This document shows, piece by piece, positions 55,872 to 64,000 of a stretch of 64,000 nt of DNA. The position numbers and the translations under genes were made by a program. The DNA lies in contig CAVRAV010000001.1 in NCBI GenBank assembly GCA_963719165.1, forward strand, positions 1,433,478-1,497,477. The letters are read 5' to 3'. A model generated the notes under the pieces. That model had not been told where the DNA came from. It ran no database searches and was given only the letters and a program-made list of their open reading frames with translations. Every line of letters begins with the position of its first letter. The stretch's first letter is position 1. This DNA is from an uncultured Actinomycetes bacterium (GTDB lineage Bacteria > Actinomycetota > UBA4738 > HRBIN12).

Positions 55872-56936
55872 TCAGCCCGCCTTGGCGAACGCGCGCAGGC
55901 TCGCCTTGAGTTGCGAGCCGCTCAGCGCGATCGCGCCGGAGTCGAAGTTCACCGTCACCGTCCCCGCCGACCATGCCTCGGGAGTCTTCGTCTTGATGCA
56001 ATGACGCCCGTGGTGGACCGACGAGGCCCCGTCGGTGAACCGCAACGTTCCTGAGGCGAGCGGCGCCATGTCGGCGGCCTTCACGAGGAATCCCGTGGGC
56101 GTCTTCCGCGCCGGGCGCCCGACGGCCGAGGCCGTCATGCTGTGATCCACGGTTGCCGGTGCGATCCGCTCCACCTGCTCGAACCCGACGGAACCCGCTC
56201 CGAGGGGAGCGAAGACGGTGGCAAGCTGCCCCGCGTCCTGCGCCCTGAACGTCGAGCCGCGGAAGCACCCATGGGGCCGCGGCGACTCGTTGGGGCATCG
56301 CTTGCCCGATAGGAAGAACCGTCCGGCCTGACCCTTCATCGACGTGGCGGCCAGGTCGGGCAGGGTCCCTTCGTTCGGGGTGAACGACAACGTGCCCGTG
56401 AGGGTGCCTCGGCGAACGATCGTCGATTGGAGGACTTCGTGCGTCTTGGGGCAGCGGTACGAGTGCGTGCGGGCGGGTTGGTTCCCGGCGAACGTGAGGT
56501 CGATCTGACCGAACGGGCCGAGGCCCGAGCCGGTGCGCAGGCGCGCCTTGTGCAGGCGGGCGCCCACCCGGAGCGCGCCGGCCGGGAGCTGGAAGAACCA
56601 GGTGTGGGCCTGATACCCGTTGGTCACCTGTTGGTAACCCGACACGATGACGATCGTCCCGCCGCGCACGTCGCCGGCGCCCACCTGCCACCGGTAGGGG
56701 GACCCCGGCATCTTGAACATGCCACCGACACCCACCTGTGTGGTGGGCCTGCCGCGCGAGGCTCGCGTGAGCATGCGCACGCGATCGAGCGGAAGGGCCC
56801 GAGCGTGCCGCGCCACCCGGTGGATGGCCGCGGTCCGAGGCGCTGCCAACGGAGGCGACGCGACCGCAGACGCGGAGCCGAGGACGACCACGAGCGTCGA
56901 GCAAATCACGACCAGTCGGTGCGCACGTAGCTCCAT
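55872..56936 (-). CDS. secreted hypothetical protein
   Basis: N-terminal signal peptide and Cys pairs. No family recognised. Its stop is 2 nt from the DUF2461 start. Confidence 0.5.
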   Translation of the reverse strand: MELRAHRLVVICSTLVVVLGSASAVASPPLAAPRTAAIHRVARHARALPLDRVRMLTRASRGRPTTQVGVGGMFKMPGSPYRWQVGAGDVRGGTIVIVSGYQQVTNGYQAHTWFFQLPAGALRVGARLHKARLRTGSGLGPFGQIDLTFAGNQPARTHSYRCPKTHEVLQSTIVRRGTLTGTLSFTPNEGTLPDLAATSMKGQAGRFFLSGKRCPNESPRPHGCFRGSTFRAQDAGQLATVFAPLGAGSVGFEQVERIAPATVDHSMTASAVGRPARKTPTGFLVKAADMAPLASGTLRFTDGASSVHHGRHCIKTKTPEAWSAGTVTVNFDSGAIALSGSQLKASLRAFAKAG

Positions 56937-57020
56937 GGGTGAGACGGTAGCTCGCCGGCCTCGCCCTCACAAGGGAGCCCTGGCCTCCGGCGCGCCCGGC
57001 CGACCTGGGAGCATGGCGAC

Positions 57021-58073
57021 GTGACCCGGCGTCCCCACGACCCCGCCATCCGCCTGCTTCGACAACGCCTCACGAGCCAGCTGCTGGCCGGCCCTCGAGC
57101 GCGCGACCCCCTCGACGTGGTCGAGCGGCTCCTAGCGGTGCAGGGACAAGACGCCCGCGGGGCGCGGCTCGCGATCCGGTCCCGCTCGCGGGGGCTGACC
57201 GCCGGCGACGTCGATCGCGCGCTCACCCAAGATCGGTCCATGCTCATCACCTGGCTGAACCGCGGCACCCTGCATCTGGTGCGCACCCAGGACTACCACT
57301 GGCTCCACGCGCTCACCACGCCCCAGCTCGCCACGGGGAACGCCCGCCGCTTGCGCCAAGAGGGAGTCTCCGAGCGCGACGCCGACCGAGCCGTCCGTGC
57401 GATCGTTCGAGGCCTCGAGGCCGACGGGCCGCTCACGCGCTCCGAACTCGGCGAGCGCGTGAGCGCCACCAACGTGCGGACCCAGGGCCAGGCGCTGATC
57501 CACATCCTCCTGCTCGCGAGCCTGCGCGGCCTGATCGTGCGCGGTCCCATGGTGGGCTCCCATCACGCGTACGTGCTCACCGCGGATTGGCTGAGGCCCG
57601 CACCCGCGGTCGATGGTGAGCGGGCGACCGCCGAGCTCGCCCGTCGGTTCCTGATCGGCCACGGACCCGCAGACGATCGCGACCTCGCTCGCTGGTCCGG
57701 ACTCACCCTGGGCCGGGCGCGAGCCGGCATGCGCGCGATCGCGACGGAGCTGAAGGAGCGCCCCGACGGTCTCGTGCAGCTCACGAAGCGACCGCGAACG
57801 GCCGCCTTGCCCGGACCCACGCTGCTGGGCTCGTTCGATCCGGTGCTGCTGGGGTGGACCTCGCGCGAACCCATCCTCGGGGCGGCCACGCACATCGTCA
57901 CCAGCAACGGGATGTTCCGCCCCTTCGCCATGATCGAGGGAATGGCCGCGGCGACATGGACCCTGCCCGGCGGCGAAGTGAAGCTCGACCCGCTTCGCGA
58001 CCTCACGCCGCGCGAGCGCGACGCGCTCGATCGCGACGGTCGCGACGTGAGGCGCTTCCTCCGGGCGACCTGA
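57021..58073 (+). CDS. winged-helix DNA glycosylase of the YcaQ/AlkZ (HTH_42) family
   Basis: Length ~350 aa, LAVQGQDARGA (a Q-x-Q-type catalytic motif as in AlkZ), multiple WH repeats, and a C-terminal KLDPLRDLTPRERDALDRD. GTG start. Confidence 0.65.
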   Translation: MTRRPHDPAIRLLRQRLTSQLLAGPRARDPLDVVERLLAVQGQDARGARLAIRSRSRGLTAGDVDRALTQDRSMLITWLNRGTLHLVRTQDYHWLHALTTPQLATGNARRLRQEGVSERDADRAVRAIVRGLEADGPLTRSELGERVSATNVRTQGQALIHILLLASLRGLIVRGPMVGSHHAYVLTADWLRPAPAVDGERATAELARRFLIGHGPADDRDLARWSGLTLGRARAGMRAIATELKERPDGLVQLTKRPRTAALPGPTLLGSFDPVLLGWTSREPILGAATHIVTSNGMFRPFAMIEGMAAATWTLPGGEVKLDPLRDLTPRERDALDRDGRDVRRFLRAT

Positions 58074-59868
58074 GCCCCTTCCCGCTCGAGAGCGCCGGGC
58101 TTCCGCCGACGCTGCGGTACAACAAGACGCCACCGATCCGCCGCGGATGCGCGCCGAGCGCGGCGTCGAGGAACGGGGCCCAGGTGCGAACGGATCCCGT
58201 CATCACCACGATCGCCCCCACGTGGTGCTGTCGGAGCCAGAGCCGGAACCGATCGGGCGCGGGCGGGAGCCGGCCCGTCTGCACGCCCTGCCACAGGCGG
58301 TCGGCCTCGAAGGCCTCGGGCTCCGGCCCCGTATGGCCCTGGGGCATCGAGAAGGCGAACCCGCTCTGCTCCTGCAGCACCATCTCCAGGCCGCGACTCC
58401 TGCGGTCGTGCACGATCAGGATCGTCTCGTTCGGCGTCAACACCCGGCGGTACAGCCCGGCCGAGAAGAACCGCGGCGCGTCGATGGGTCGGTGCAGGCC
58501 CGCCTCGTGCACGTTCGGGATCAGCAGGAGGACGCCGAGTCCCACCGAGCCCCAGCGCACCGTCGAGTCGAACGCGCTCTTCGTGGGCCGCGGCCTCGAC
58601 AACCATCGAGCCACGATCAGGGCGACCCCGAGCCACATGTACATCGTCAACCGGTCGGGCAGGACGTTCATCAGGATCGGCGCGCGGGCCGGAACCGACC
58701 ACGGCATTGGGATCGTCCGGTGCGGGCCCACGAACAACACCGCCCCCATCGACAGGACGGCAGCGAGGGCTACGAAGGCGAACAGCCAGCGGGTGACCCG
58801 CTCACGACGCCCCGCGATGAACGCGGCGGCAAGGACGAGGAGCAACACGGGGCCGAGGTAGGCGCCGTCCTCGCTCACGTTCGTGGGAAAGCGATCCGTC
58901 AGCCGCGCGAACGCGGCGCCGCCCACCAAGGTGCCGTGGCGCGGGATCAGGAAACTGAGCAGATCGCTCGATGACCCGTCGATCCCGCGGATCGGCCCAG
59001 AAGGCAGTCCCGCCGCCGCGTACCAGAGATAGGGCGCGAGCACCGCGGCGGCCGCACCGCAGGCCACGATCGTGGGCCCCGCGGCGGTCCGCAGGAGCGG
59101 CCGCGTCGACGGCATCGCCAGGTAGGCCGTCAGCGCCGCCATGCCCGCGAACATCGTCATGCTCGCGAAGACCTCCGTCGAGATGGAGAACTCCGCGACC
59201 AAGACGGCGGTGAGCAGCAGCACGTACGACCGCCTCGAGAGGCGGCCGTGGACGTATCGCAACACGAGGTAGGCGGCCAGCGGCACGGGAAAGACGAGGA
59301 ACAGGTTCATGTGCCCGCGCATCTCCGCGAATTGGTAGGTCGAGAAACCGAACACGACGCCGCCCATGACGGCGGGCCAGAAACGACGCGTGACCTCGCG
59401 ACACAGGAGGTACGCGGCCCACGTGGCGAGCGCGGGCGAAGCGACCGCGATCGCGTTGGACGTGGCCACGGCGCCGAACGTCGCCGTGAGCGGCCACGCG
59501 GCGAGCGAGGGGCCGGGCAGCCCGGTGACCCACGCCATGTTCACGCCGGTGGGCGCCCATACGAGCGTGGGGTGGAACGGATTCAGTCCCGCGGCGATGG
59601 CGTGGGGCCACCAGGCCAGATCCCAGACGTAGAGCTTCGCGTCCGCGCTCCCCTGCCCCACGAACGACGTCGAGAAGCGCCCGAGGATGGGCACGGCGTA
59701 CAACAGGAACGAGCCGACGACGGCGCCACCGAAGACGCACCACGCGCGTCCGACGGAGCCCAGCGCGACGAACCACCGGTGCCGGGGAACGGGTGGCGCG
59801 CCCACCATGCCGTCGTCCACCCGAAGCGCCGGTGCCGGACCTGCGAACTGGGGGAAGCCGGGCGGCAC
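58003..59868 (-). CDS. large polytopic membrane protein (GT-C-like / YfhO-like fold?)
   Basis: About 12 predicted TM segments. No specific family recognised. The 3' end overlaps the convergent glycosylase gene by 70 nt, and the last ~40 codons are R-rich. Confidence 0.5.
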   Translation of the reverse strand: MPPGFPQFAGPAPALRVDDGMVGAPPVPRHRWFVALGSVGRAWCVFGGAVVGSFLLYAVPILGRFSTSFVGQGSADAKLYVWDLAWWPHAIAAGLNPFHPTLVWAPTGVNMAWVTGLPGPSLAAWPLTATFGAVATSNAIAVASPALATWAAYLLCREVTRRFWPAVMGGVVFGFSTYQFAEMRGHMNLFLVFPVPLAAYLVLRYVHGRLSRRSYVLLLTAVLVAEFSISTEVFASMTMFAGMAALTAYLAMPSTRPLLRTAAGPTIVACGAAAAVLAPYLWYAAAGLPSGPIRGIDGSSSDLLSFLIPRHGTLVGGAAFARLTDRFPTNVSEDGAYLGPVLLLVLAAAFIAGRRERVTRWLFAFVALAAVLSMGAVLFVGPHRTIPMPWSVPARAPILMNVLPDRLTMYMWLGVALIVARWLSRPRPTKSAFDSTVRWGSVGLGVLLLIPNVHEAGLHRPIDAPRFFSAGLYRRVLTPNETILIVHDRRSRGLEMVLQEQSGFAFSMPQGHTGPEPEAFEADRLWQGVQTGRLPPAPDRFRLWLRQHHVGAIVVMTGSVRTWAPFLDAALGAHPRRIGGVLLYRSVGGSPALSSGKGLRSPGGSASRRDRRDRARRARAA

Positions 59869-60001
59869 CTCTTCACCGTCGCACCAGGTCCTCGATCGCG
59901 CAAGGGACGCTTGGGGGGCAAAGGATCAACCGCCGTCCGACCGATGCCTAGGACTTCGGACCGCACCCGGTGGCGCGTGTCGCCACCGGGGCGCCCCACC
60001 G

Positions 60002-61567
60002 TCAGGGTCCGTAGATCGGGATCAGCGGCGTCCGCAGCCGTGGACCCTGCCGCAGCGCGCGCTCGGACTCCGGGGCGGGTTTCGTCAACGGCTTGCACTT
60101 CACGTCCGCGCCGTACCCGGGCTGGCGGGGCGGCAGCGTTCCGTTGGCCAGGAACGCGGCGATCTTGTTGTCGACGCATCCGTTGCCGTAGAGCGACCCG
60201 GCATGCGTCGTGCCGCCGGGCTCCGCGATCAGGCTCGACGCGGGGAACAGATGGCGCACGTACAGGCTGCCGGGGTACGGCGTGGCGGCATCGAGCGTCT
60301 CGTCGATCAGGAGCACCCGTGCTCCCCCGCCGTCGATCGTCGTCGGGGTACCCGCGGACGCGGGCCAGTAGAGACACGGGCCGTTGAACCACGCGTTGCC
60401 CCACGTCTCGAACGGCGCCTTCGCGTACGTTGCCCAGTTGTCCTGGCGCCAGGTGCTCCACGCGGTCGGCCACTGGACGTCCGTGCACTCGACCGCGGCG
60501 TAGACCGCGAACCCGTTGTCATCACCCGGTCCGTCGGCCCACTGGTACGCACCGATGAGCTTCTGGACGTCGTGGTGATGGACCCAGCTGGAGAACACGT
60601 CCGCGAGGTAGGTCCACACCTGCTGGTAGTACCCGGCGTAGAGGATCGCGTCGTTCCACTCGTCCGGACCTACGACGCCGCCCGCCGGCTTCCGCGTGAG
60701 GTGCCGGGACACGGCGTAGTACCGCTTCTCGACCGCCGTGCCAGTCTTGCCCAGCCGGTAGACGCGATGGTACTTCGCGACCCACCGGAACCAGATCTCG
60801 ATGGTGCGTTGGAACGCGATGTCCTGGTCGAGGTTCGCCTCGTACCAGACCCTGCGCGGGTCCACGTTCGAGTCGAACACCGCGCGACGGATCCTCCCGG
60901 GGAACACGCTGGCGTAGACCTGACCGAGGTACGTCCCGTACGAGAAGCCGAAGTAGTTGATCCTGGCGACGCCGAGCGCCTGGCGGATCCTGTCCATGTC
61001 CTTCGCGGCGTCGATCGTGGTCATGTGCGGGAGCAGCGCCGCCGCCTTCGCCTGGCATGCGTTCGCGTACTTCTGGGATCGGCCTCGCCACCGCTTGACC
61101 AGGGCGTGCGTCCGGGGGACGTACGGCGGCCGGTCGCCGTGGAAGTAGTTCGGCAGGCACGACAGGGAGGGCTCGCTCGAGCCCACACCGCGGGGGTCGA
61201 AGCCGATCCAGTCATAGGCGTCGCCCGCGTGACGGGGGACGTAGCCCCCGAGGGTTGCGAGCCCCAGGCCAGACCCCCCGGGCCCGCCGGGGTTGACGAG
61301 CATGACGCCCTGGTACTTGGCGTCCGGCGTCGTGTGCTTGATGCGGGACAGCGCGATCTGGATCTGGGTCCCGCCCGGGTTGGCGTAGTCGAGCGGAACG
61401 TCCAACATCGAGCACCGCGCGCCGGCCCTGCGCAGGGACACGTCGTCGCATCGCCCCCACACGACGGCCGCGCGCGGCGCCTTCGGCGCCGCCCCCGCGG
61501 GCGCGATGGCGGCGACGGCGGTGCCGATCAGCGCCGCGGCCGTGATGACAGCTGCGAGCTTCCTCAT
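60002..61567 (-). CDS. secreted alpha/beta hydrolase, tripeptidyl-aminopeptidase-like (peptidase S33 family)
   Basis: Signal peptide, GFSYGTYLG nucleophile elbow, and a TAP-like C-terminal domain. Confidence 0.75.
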   Translation of the reverse strand: MRKLAAVITAAALIGTAVAAIAPAGAAPKAPRAAVVWGRCDDVSLRRAGARCSMLDVPLDYANPGGTQIQIALSRIKHTTPDAKYQGVMLVNPGGPGGSGLGLATLGGYVPRHAGDAYDWIGFDPRGVGSSEPSLSCLPNYFHGDRPPYVPRTHALVKRWRGRSQKYANACQAKAAALLPHMTTIDAAKDMDRIRQALGVARINYFGFSYGTYLGQVYASVFPGRIRRAVFDSNVDPRRVWYEANLDQDIAFQRTIEIWFRWVAKYHRVYRLGKTGTAVEKRYYAVSRHLTRKPAGGVVGPDEWNDAILYAGYYQQVWTYLADVFSSWVHHHDVQKLIGAYQWADGPGDDNGFAVYAAVECTDVQWPTAWSTWRQDNWATYAKAPFETWGNAWFNGPCLYWPASAGTPTTIDGGGARVLLIDETLDAATPYPGSLYVRHLFPASSLIAEPGGTTHAGSLYGNGCVDNKIAAFLANGTLPPRQPGYGADVKCKPLTKPAPESERALRQGPRLRTPLIPIYGP

Positions 61568-61617
61568 CCAAGTCCTCCCCCGTTGACGGATCTGGGCGCG
61601 AGTCCGGGCTCGCTCGT

Positions 61618-62442
61618 TCAGCCCCCCATCGCCTCCTCCAGGGCTCGGCGCACGAGCACCCTGGAAAGCTCCCGGCGGTACTCCGCGCTCCCGAACGCGT
61701 CGGACGGAGGGGCGGCGCCCTCGTCCGCCCGCAGGGAGGCGGTGGCCGGGTCCGCGCCCCCGGCGAGCGCCTCCTCCACGCCGGCCGCCCGCAGCGGTAT
61801 CTCGCCCATGTTCGTGAGCGCCACGGTGGCGCCGCCGTTGCGCTGGATCGCGGCCACGCCCACCAGCGCCCAGTCCTGCGCCCGCCGGTGGAACTTCAGG
61901 TAGCTCCAGCCTGCGCTCGTCTTGGGGATCCGCACCTCGGTGAGCACTTCATTCGCCGCGAGGTCGGCCGTGAACAGTCCTTGGAAGAAGTCGCGTGCGT
62001 TCACCGTGCGCGAGCCGCCGCCCGCGCCCCGGATCGCGAGGTCGGCCCCGAGGGCCACCAGCACGGTGGGCAGGTCGGAGGCCGGGTCCGCGTGGGCCAC
62101 CGAACCGCCGATCGTTCCCATGTGACGGACCTGCGGGTCGCCGATCTGACCTGCCGTGTCGGCCACGATGGGGCAGGCGGTCTGGACGAGCTCGCTGTTC
62201 GCCACGTCGTGGTGGCGCGTCAACGCGCCGATCGCCACGACGTCGCCGTCCTCGCGGATGTACGACAGGTCGGAGAGCCGGCCGATGTCAACCAGCAGAT
62301 CGGGCCGCGCCAGGCGGAAGCGCATCAGCGGGAGGAGCGAATGCCCACCCGCGAGGATCTTGGCGTCCTCGCTGGTGCCCAGCAGCTCGATGGCGTGGTC
62401 GATGCTCTCCGCCCTGGCGTACTCGAACGGCGCGGGGATCAT
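61618..62442 (-). CDS. xanthine dehydrogenase/CO dehydrogenase family FAD-binding subunit (CoxM-like)
   Basis: FEYARAESIDHAIELL...AGGHSLLPLM...GTIGGSVAHADPASD (FAD-binding PCMH domain). Confidence 0.85.
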   Translation of the reverse strand: MIPAPFEYARAESIDHAIELLGTSEDAKILAGGHSLLPLMRFRLARPDLLVDIGRLSDLSYIREDGDVVAIGALTRHHDVANSELVQTACPIVADTAGQIGDPQVRHMGTIGGSVAHADPASDLPTVLVALGADLAIRGAGGGSRTVNARDFFQGLFTADLAANEVLTEVRIPKTSAGWSYLKFHRRAQDWALVGVAAIQRNGGATVALTNMGEIPLRAAGVEEALAGGADPATASLRADEGAAPPSDAFGSAEYRRELSRVLVRRALEEAMGG

Positions 62443-64000
62443 GCCGCACCTCCCTTCGCGTCCTGGATGGCTCGCCAGACGCGTTCGGGCGACGCAGGCT
62501 TGCCGATCTCCGTGACGCCGAGGTGGCCGATGGCATCGAGGACCGCGTTGACGACCGCGGGCGGGGCGGCGATCGTCCCGGCCTCACCGATGCCCTTGAC
62601 CCCCAGCGGATTGGTCGTGGACGGCGTCTCCTGGCTGGTGTCCGTGACGAGCCGCGGGATCTCGGTGGCCGAAGGCACGAGGTACTGCGTCATGGAGGAC
62701 GTGATGAGGTTGCCGCTCTCGTCGTAGATTGCCTCCTCATAGAGCGCCTCGGCGATGCCCTGGGCCACCCCCCCGTGCACCTGACCCTCCACGATCATCG
62801 GGTTGATGACCGTGCCGCAGTCGTCGACGGCCACGTACTTCACGATCTCGGTCTTGCCCGTCTCCGTGTCGACCTCCACGACGCAGACGTGCGCACCCGC
62901 CGGCCAGGTGAAGTTGGGGGGGTCGAACACGGCCGTTGCGTTCAGGTTGGGCTCGGTCCCCGCGGGGAGGTCGTGGGCGTGCCACGCGGTCAGGGCGATC
63001 TCCGGGATGGTCTTGGCCTTGTCGGGCGCGCCCTGCACCCGCCAGCTGTGCTCCGCCCACTCGAGGTCGTCCTCGCTGACCTCCAATTCGTGCGCGGCGA
63101 TCGTGCGTGCCTTCTCCTTGATCTTCTCCATCGCGAAGTACAGCGAGGCGCCCCCAACGCTCACCGAGCGCGAACCGTAGGTGTCCATGCCGAGCGGCGT
63201 GATCATGGTGTCGCCGTGCAGGACCTCGATGTCGTCGGGCGTCACGCCCAGGCCGTCGGCCACGATCTGCGACCAGCTGGTCTCGTGGCCCTGGCCGTGC
63301 GGCGAGGTCCCCGTCTTCACGATCACCTTCCCGGTAGGCAGGCATTCGATCGTGGCGCCGTCCCAGCCGCCGGCCGCGTAGCGCAGCGCACCCAGGATGT
63401 TCGACGGCGCGAGGCCGCACATCTCGATGTACGTGCACAGCCCGATCCCGAGCTGGACGGTGTCGTTCCGGTCGCGGCGGGCGGCCTGGTCCTTGCGCAG
63501 TTCCTCGTAGCCGCTGAGCTCGAGCGCCTTGTCCAGCAACGGCTCGTAGTTGCCCGAGTCCACGTTGAGCCCGCACACGGACGTGGTGGACTCATCGAAC
63601 GGCGGGTGCAGGTTCATGCGGCGCACGTCGGCGGGGTCCTTGCCCACCCGCCGCGCGAACGCGTCGACGATCCGCTCGAGCACGTAGGTGGCTTCGGGAC
63701 GGCCCGCGCCCCGGTAGGCGTCCGTGGGCGTGCAGTTCGTGAGGATCCCCCGGAACTCGAAGTGGTAGGTCTCGGGGGCGTACGGGCCCATGTAGACCCA
63801 GCCGCCGAGCTCGGGGATGCCGGGCGTGAGCAGCTGGTAGTAGGCGCCCATGTCGGCGATCTCCACGAACTTCACACCGAGGATCTTTCCGTCCTCGGTG
63901 CCCGCGATGGTGCATTCGTGCGTGACGCCGCGGCCGTGCGTGGTGGCGACGTAGTTCTCGCTGCGCTCCTCGATCCACTTCACGGGCATGCCGAGTTCCT
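62439..64000 (-). CDS. xanthine dehydrogenase/CO dehydrogenase family molybdopterin-binding large subunit (CoxL-like), N-terminus beyond the window
   Basis: C-terminal MoCo-binding domains of the aldehyde oxidase/xanthine dehydrogenase family. The frame is open to the window edge. The ATGA overlap with coxM is conserved. Confidence 0.85.
   Translation of the reverse strand, partial: ELGMPVKWIEERSENYVATTHGRGVTHECTIAGTEDGKILGVKFVEIADMGAYYQLLTPGIPELGGWVYMGPYAPETYHFEFRGILTNCTPTDAYRGAGRPEATYVLERIVDAFARRVGKDPADVRRMNLHPPFDESTTSVCGLNVDSGNYEPLLDKALELSGYEELRKDQAARRDRNDTVQLGIGLCTYIEMCGLAPSNILGALRYAAGGWDGATIECLPTGKVIVKTGTSPHGQGHETSWSQIVADGLGVTPDDIEVLHGDTMITPLGMDTYGSRSVSVGGASLYFAMEKIKEKARTIAAHELEVSEDDLEWAEHSWRVQGAPDKAKTIPEIALTAWHAHDLPAGTEPNLNATAVFDPPNFTWPAGAHVCVVEVDTETGKTEIVKYVAVDDCGTVINPMIVEGQVHGGVAQGIAEALYEEAIYDESGNLITSSMTQYLVPSATEIPRLVTDTSQETPSTTNPLGVKGIGEAGTIAAPPAVVNAVLDAIGHLGVTEIGKPASPERVWRAIQDAKGGAA

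Noticed and set aside
1-64000. CRISPR arrays, IS elements, integrases, prophage structural genes, toxin-antitoxin or restriction-modification genes
   Set aside because: I looked for direct-repeat/spacer periodicity, transposase DDE motifs, tyrosine-recombinase motifs and nuclease-rich operons, and found none. The only tandem repeats are coding (the LEA-like 66-bp units and the kinase 12-nt units). The single tRNA-Gln has no adjacent integrase.

Overview
This is a high-GC (roughly 70%) actinobacterial chromosome segment with dense, mostly minus-strand coding. No CRISPR array, transposase or integrase is visible, and I found no canonical defence or toxin system.

Layout:
- 1-19 kb: a conserved housekeeping block, from a PLP-dependent dehydratase through mazG, a parvulin PPIase lipoprotein, mfd, pth, rplY, prs, glmU and a tRNA-Gln(UUG). 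It continues through a TolB-like lipoprotein, ispE, ksgA/rsmA, an RpfB-architecture protein, tatD, metG and rsmI, and ends at a divergent protein O-mannosyltransferase. Gene order matches what I recall of the Mycobacterium tuberculosis Rv1002c-Rv1021 neighbourhood.
- 19-23 kb: small genes. These are a CPBP protease, a small ORF coupled to an FAD oxidoreductase, a pilin-like membrane protein, a stand-alone Lrp/AsnC ligand-binding protein and an LEA-like 11-mer repeat protein.
- 23-36 kb: a DeoR-associated carbohydrate/aminosugar utilisation island. A frameshifted GH4 glycosidase converges on an operon of deoR, an amidohydrolase, an MFS transporter and an APH-like kinase. Divergent from deoR is an operon of a double-SIS isomerase/deglycase and an ABC sugar transporter (binding protein, two permeases, ATPase). 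Convergent on that is a kinase-kinase-GNAT operon: a PfkB kinase, a 1-phosphofructokinase-like kinase and a GNAT acetyltransferase.
- 36-46 kb: a macro-domain/rhodanese fusion, a PPOX-like protein, a TolB-like protein, the kynurenine genes (tryptophan 2,3-dioxygenase plus an aminotransferase), a phosphodiester glycosidase, an RDD protein and an MscS-MoxR-VWA(CoxE-like) operon.
- 46.4-55.1 kb: a lower-GC, decayed accessory stretch. It holds an ECF-sigma fragment truncated by an alpha/beta hydrolase gene, a frameshifted DUF1269-like gene, a P-type ATPase, Holin-X plus DUF3618, a SulP STAS-domain remnant, a lipoprotein remnant and a DUF1801 gene frameshifted in a G6 run.
- 55-64 kb: DUF2461, a secreted hypothetical, an AlkZ/YcaQ-like winged-helix DNA glycosylase, a large polytopic membrane protein, a secreted S33 peptidase, and the FAD (CoxM-like) and molybdopterin (CoxL-like, partial) subunits of a xanthine dehydrogenase/CO dehydrogenase family enzyme.

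Five genes carry apparent single-base frameshifts, so either pseudogenization or consensus indel errors must be considered.
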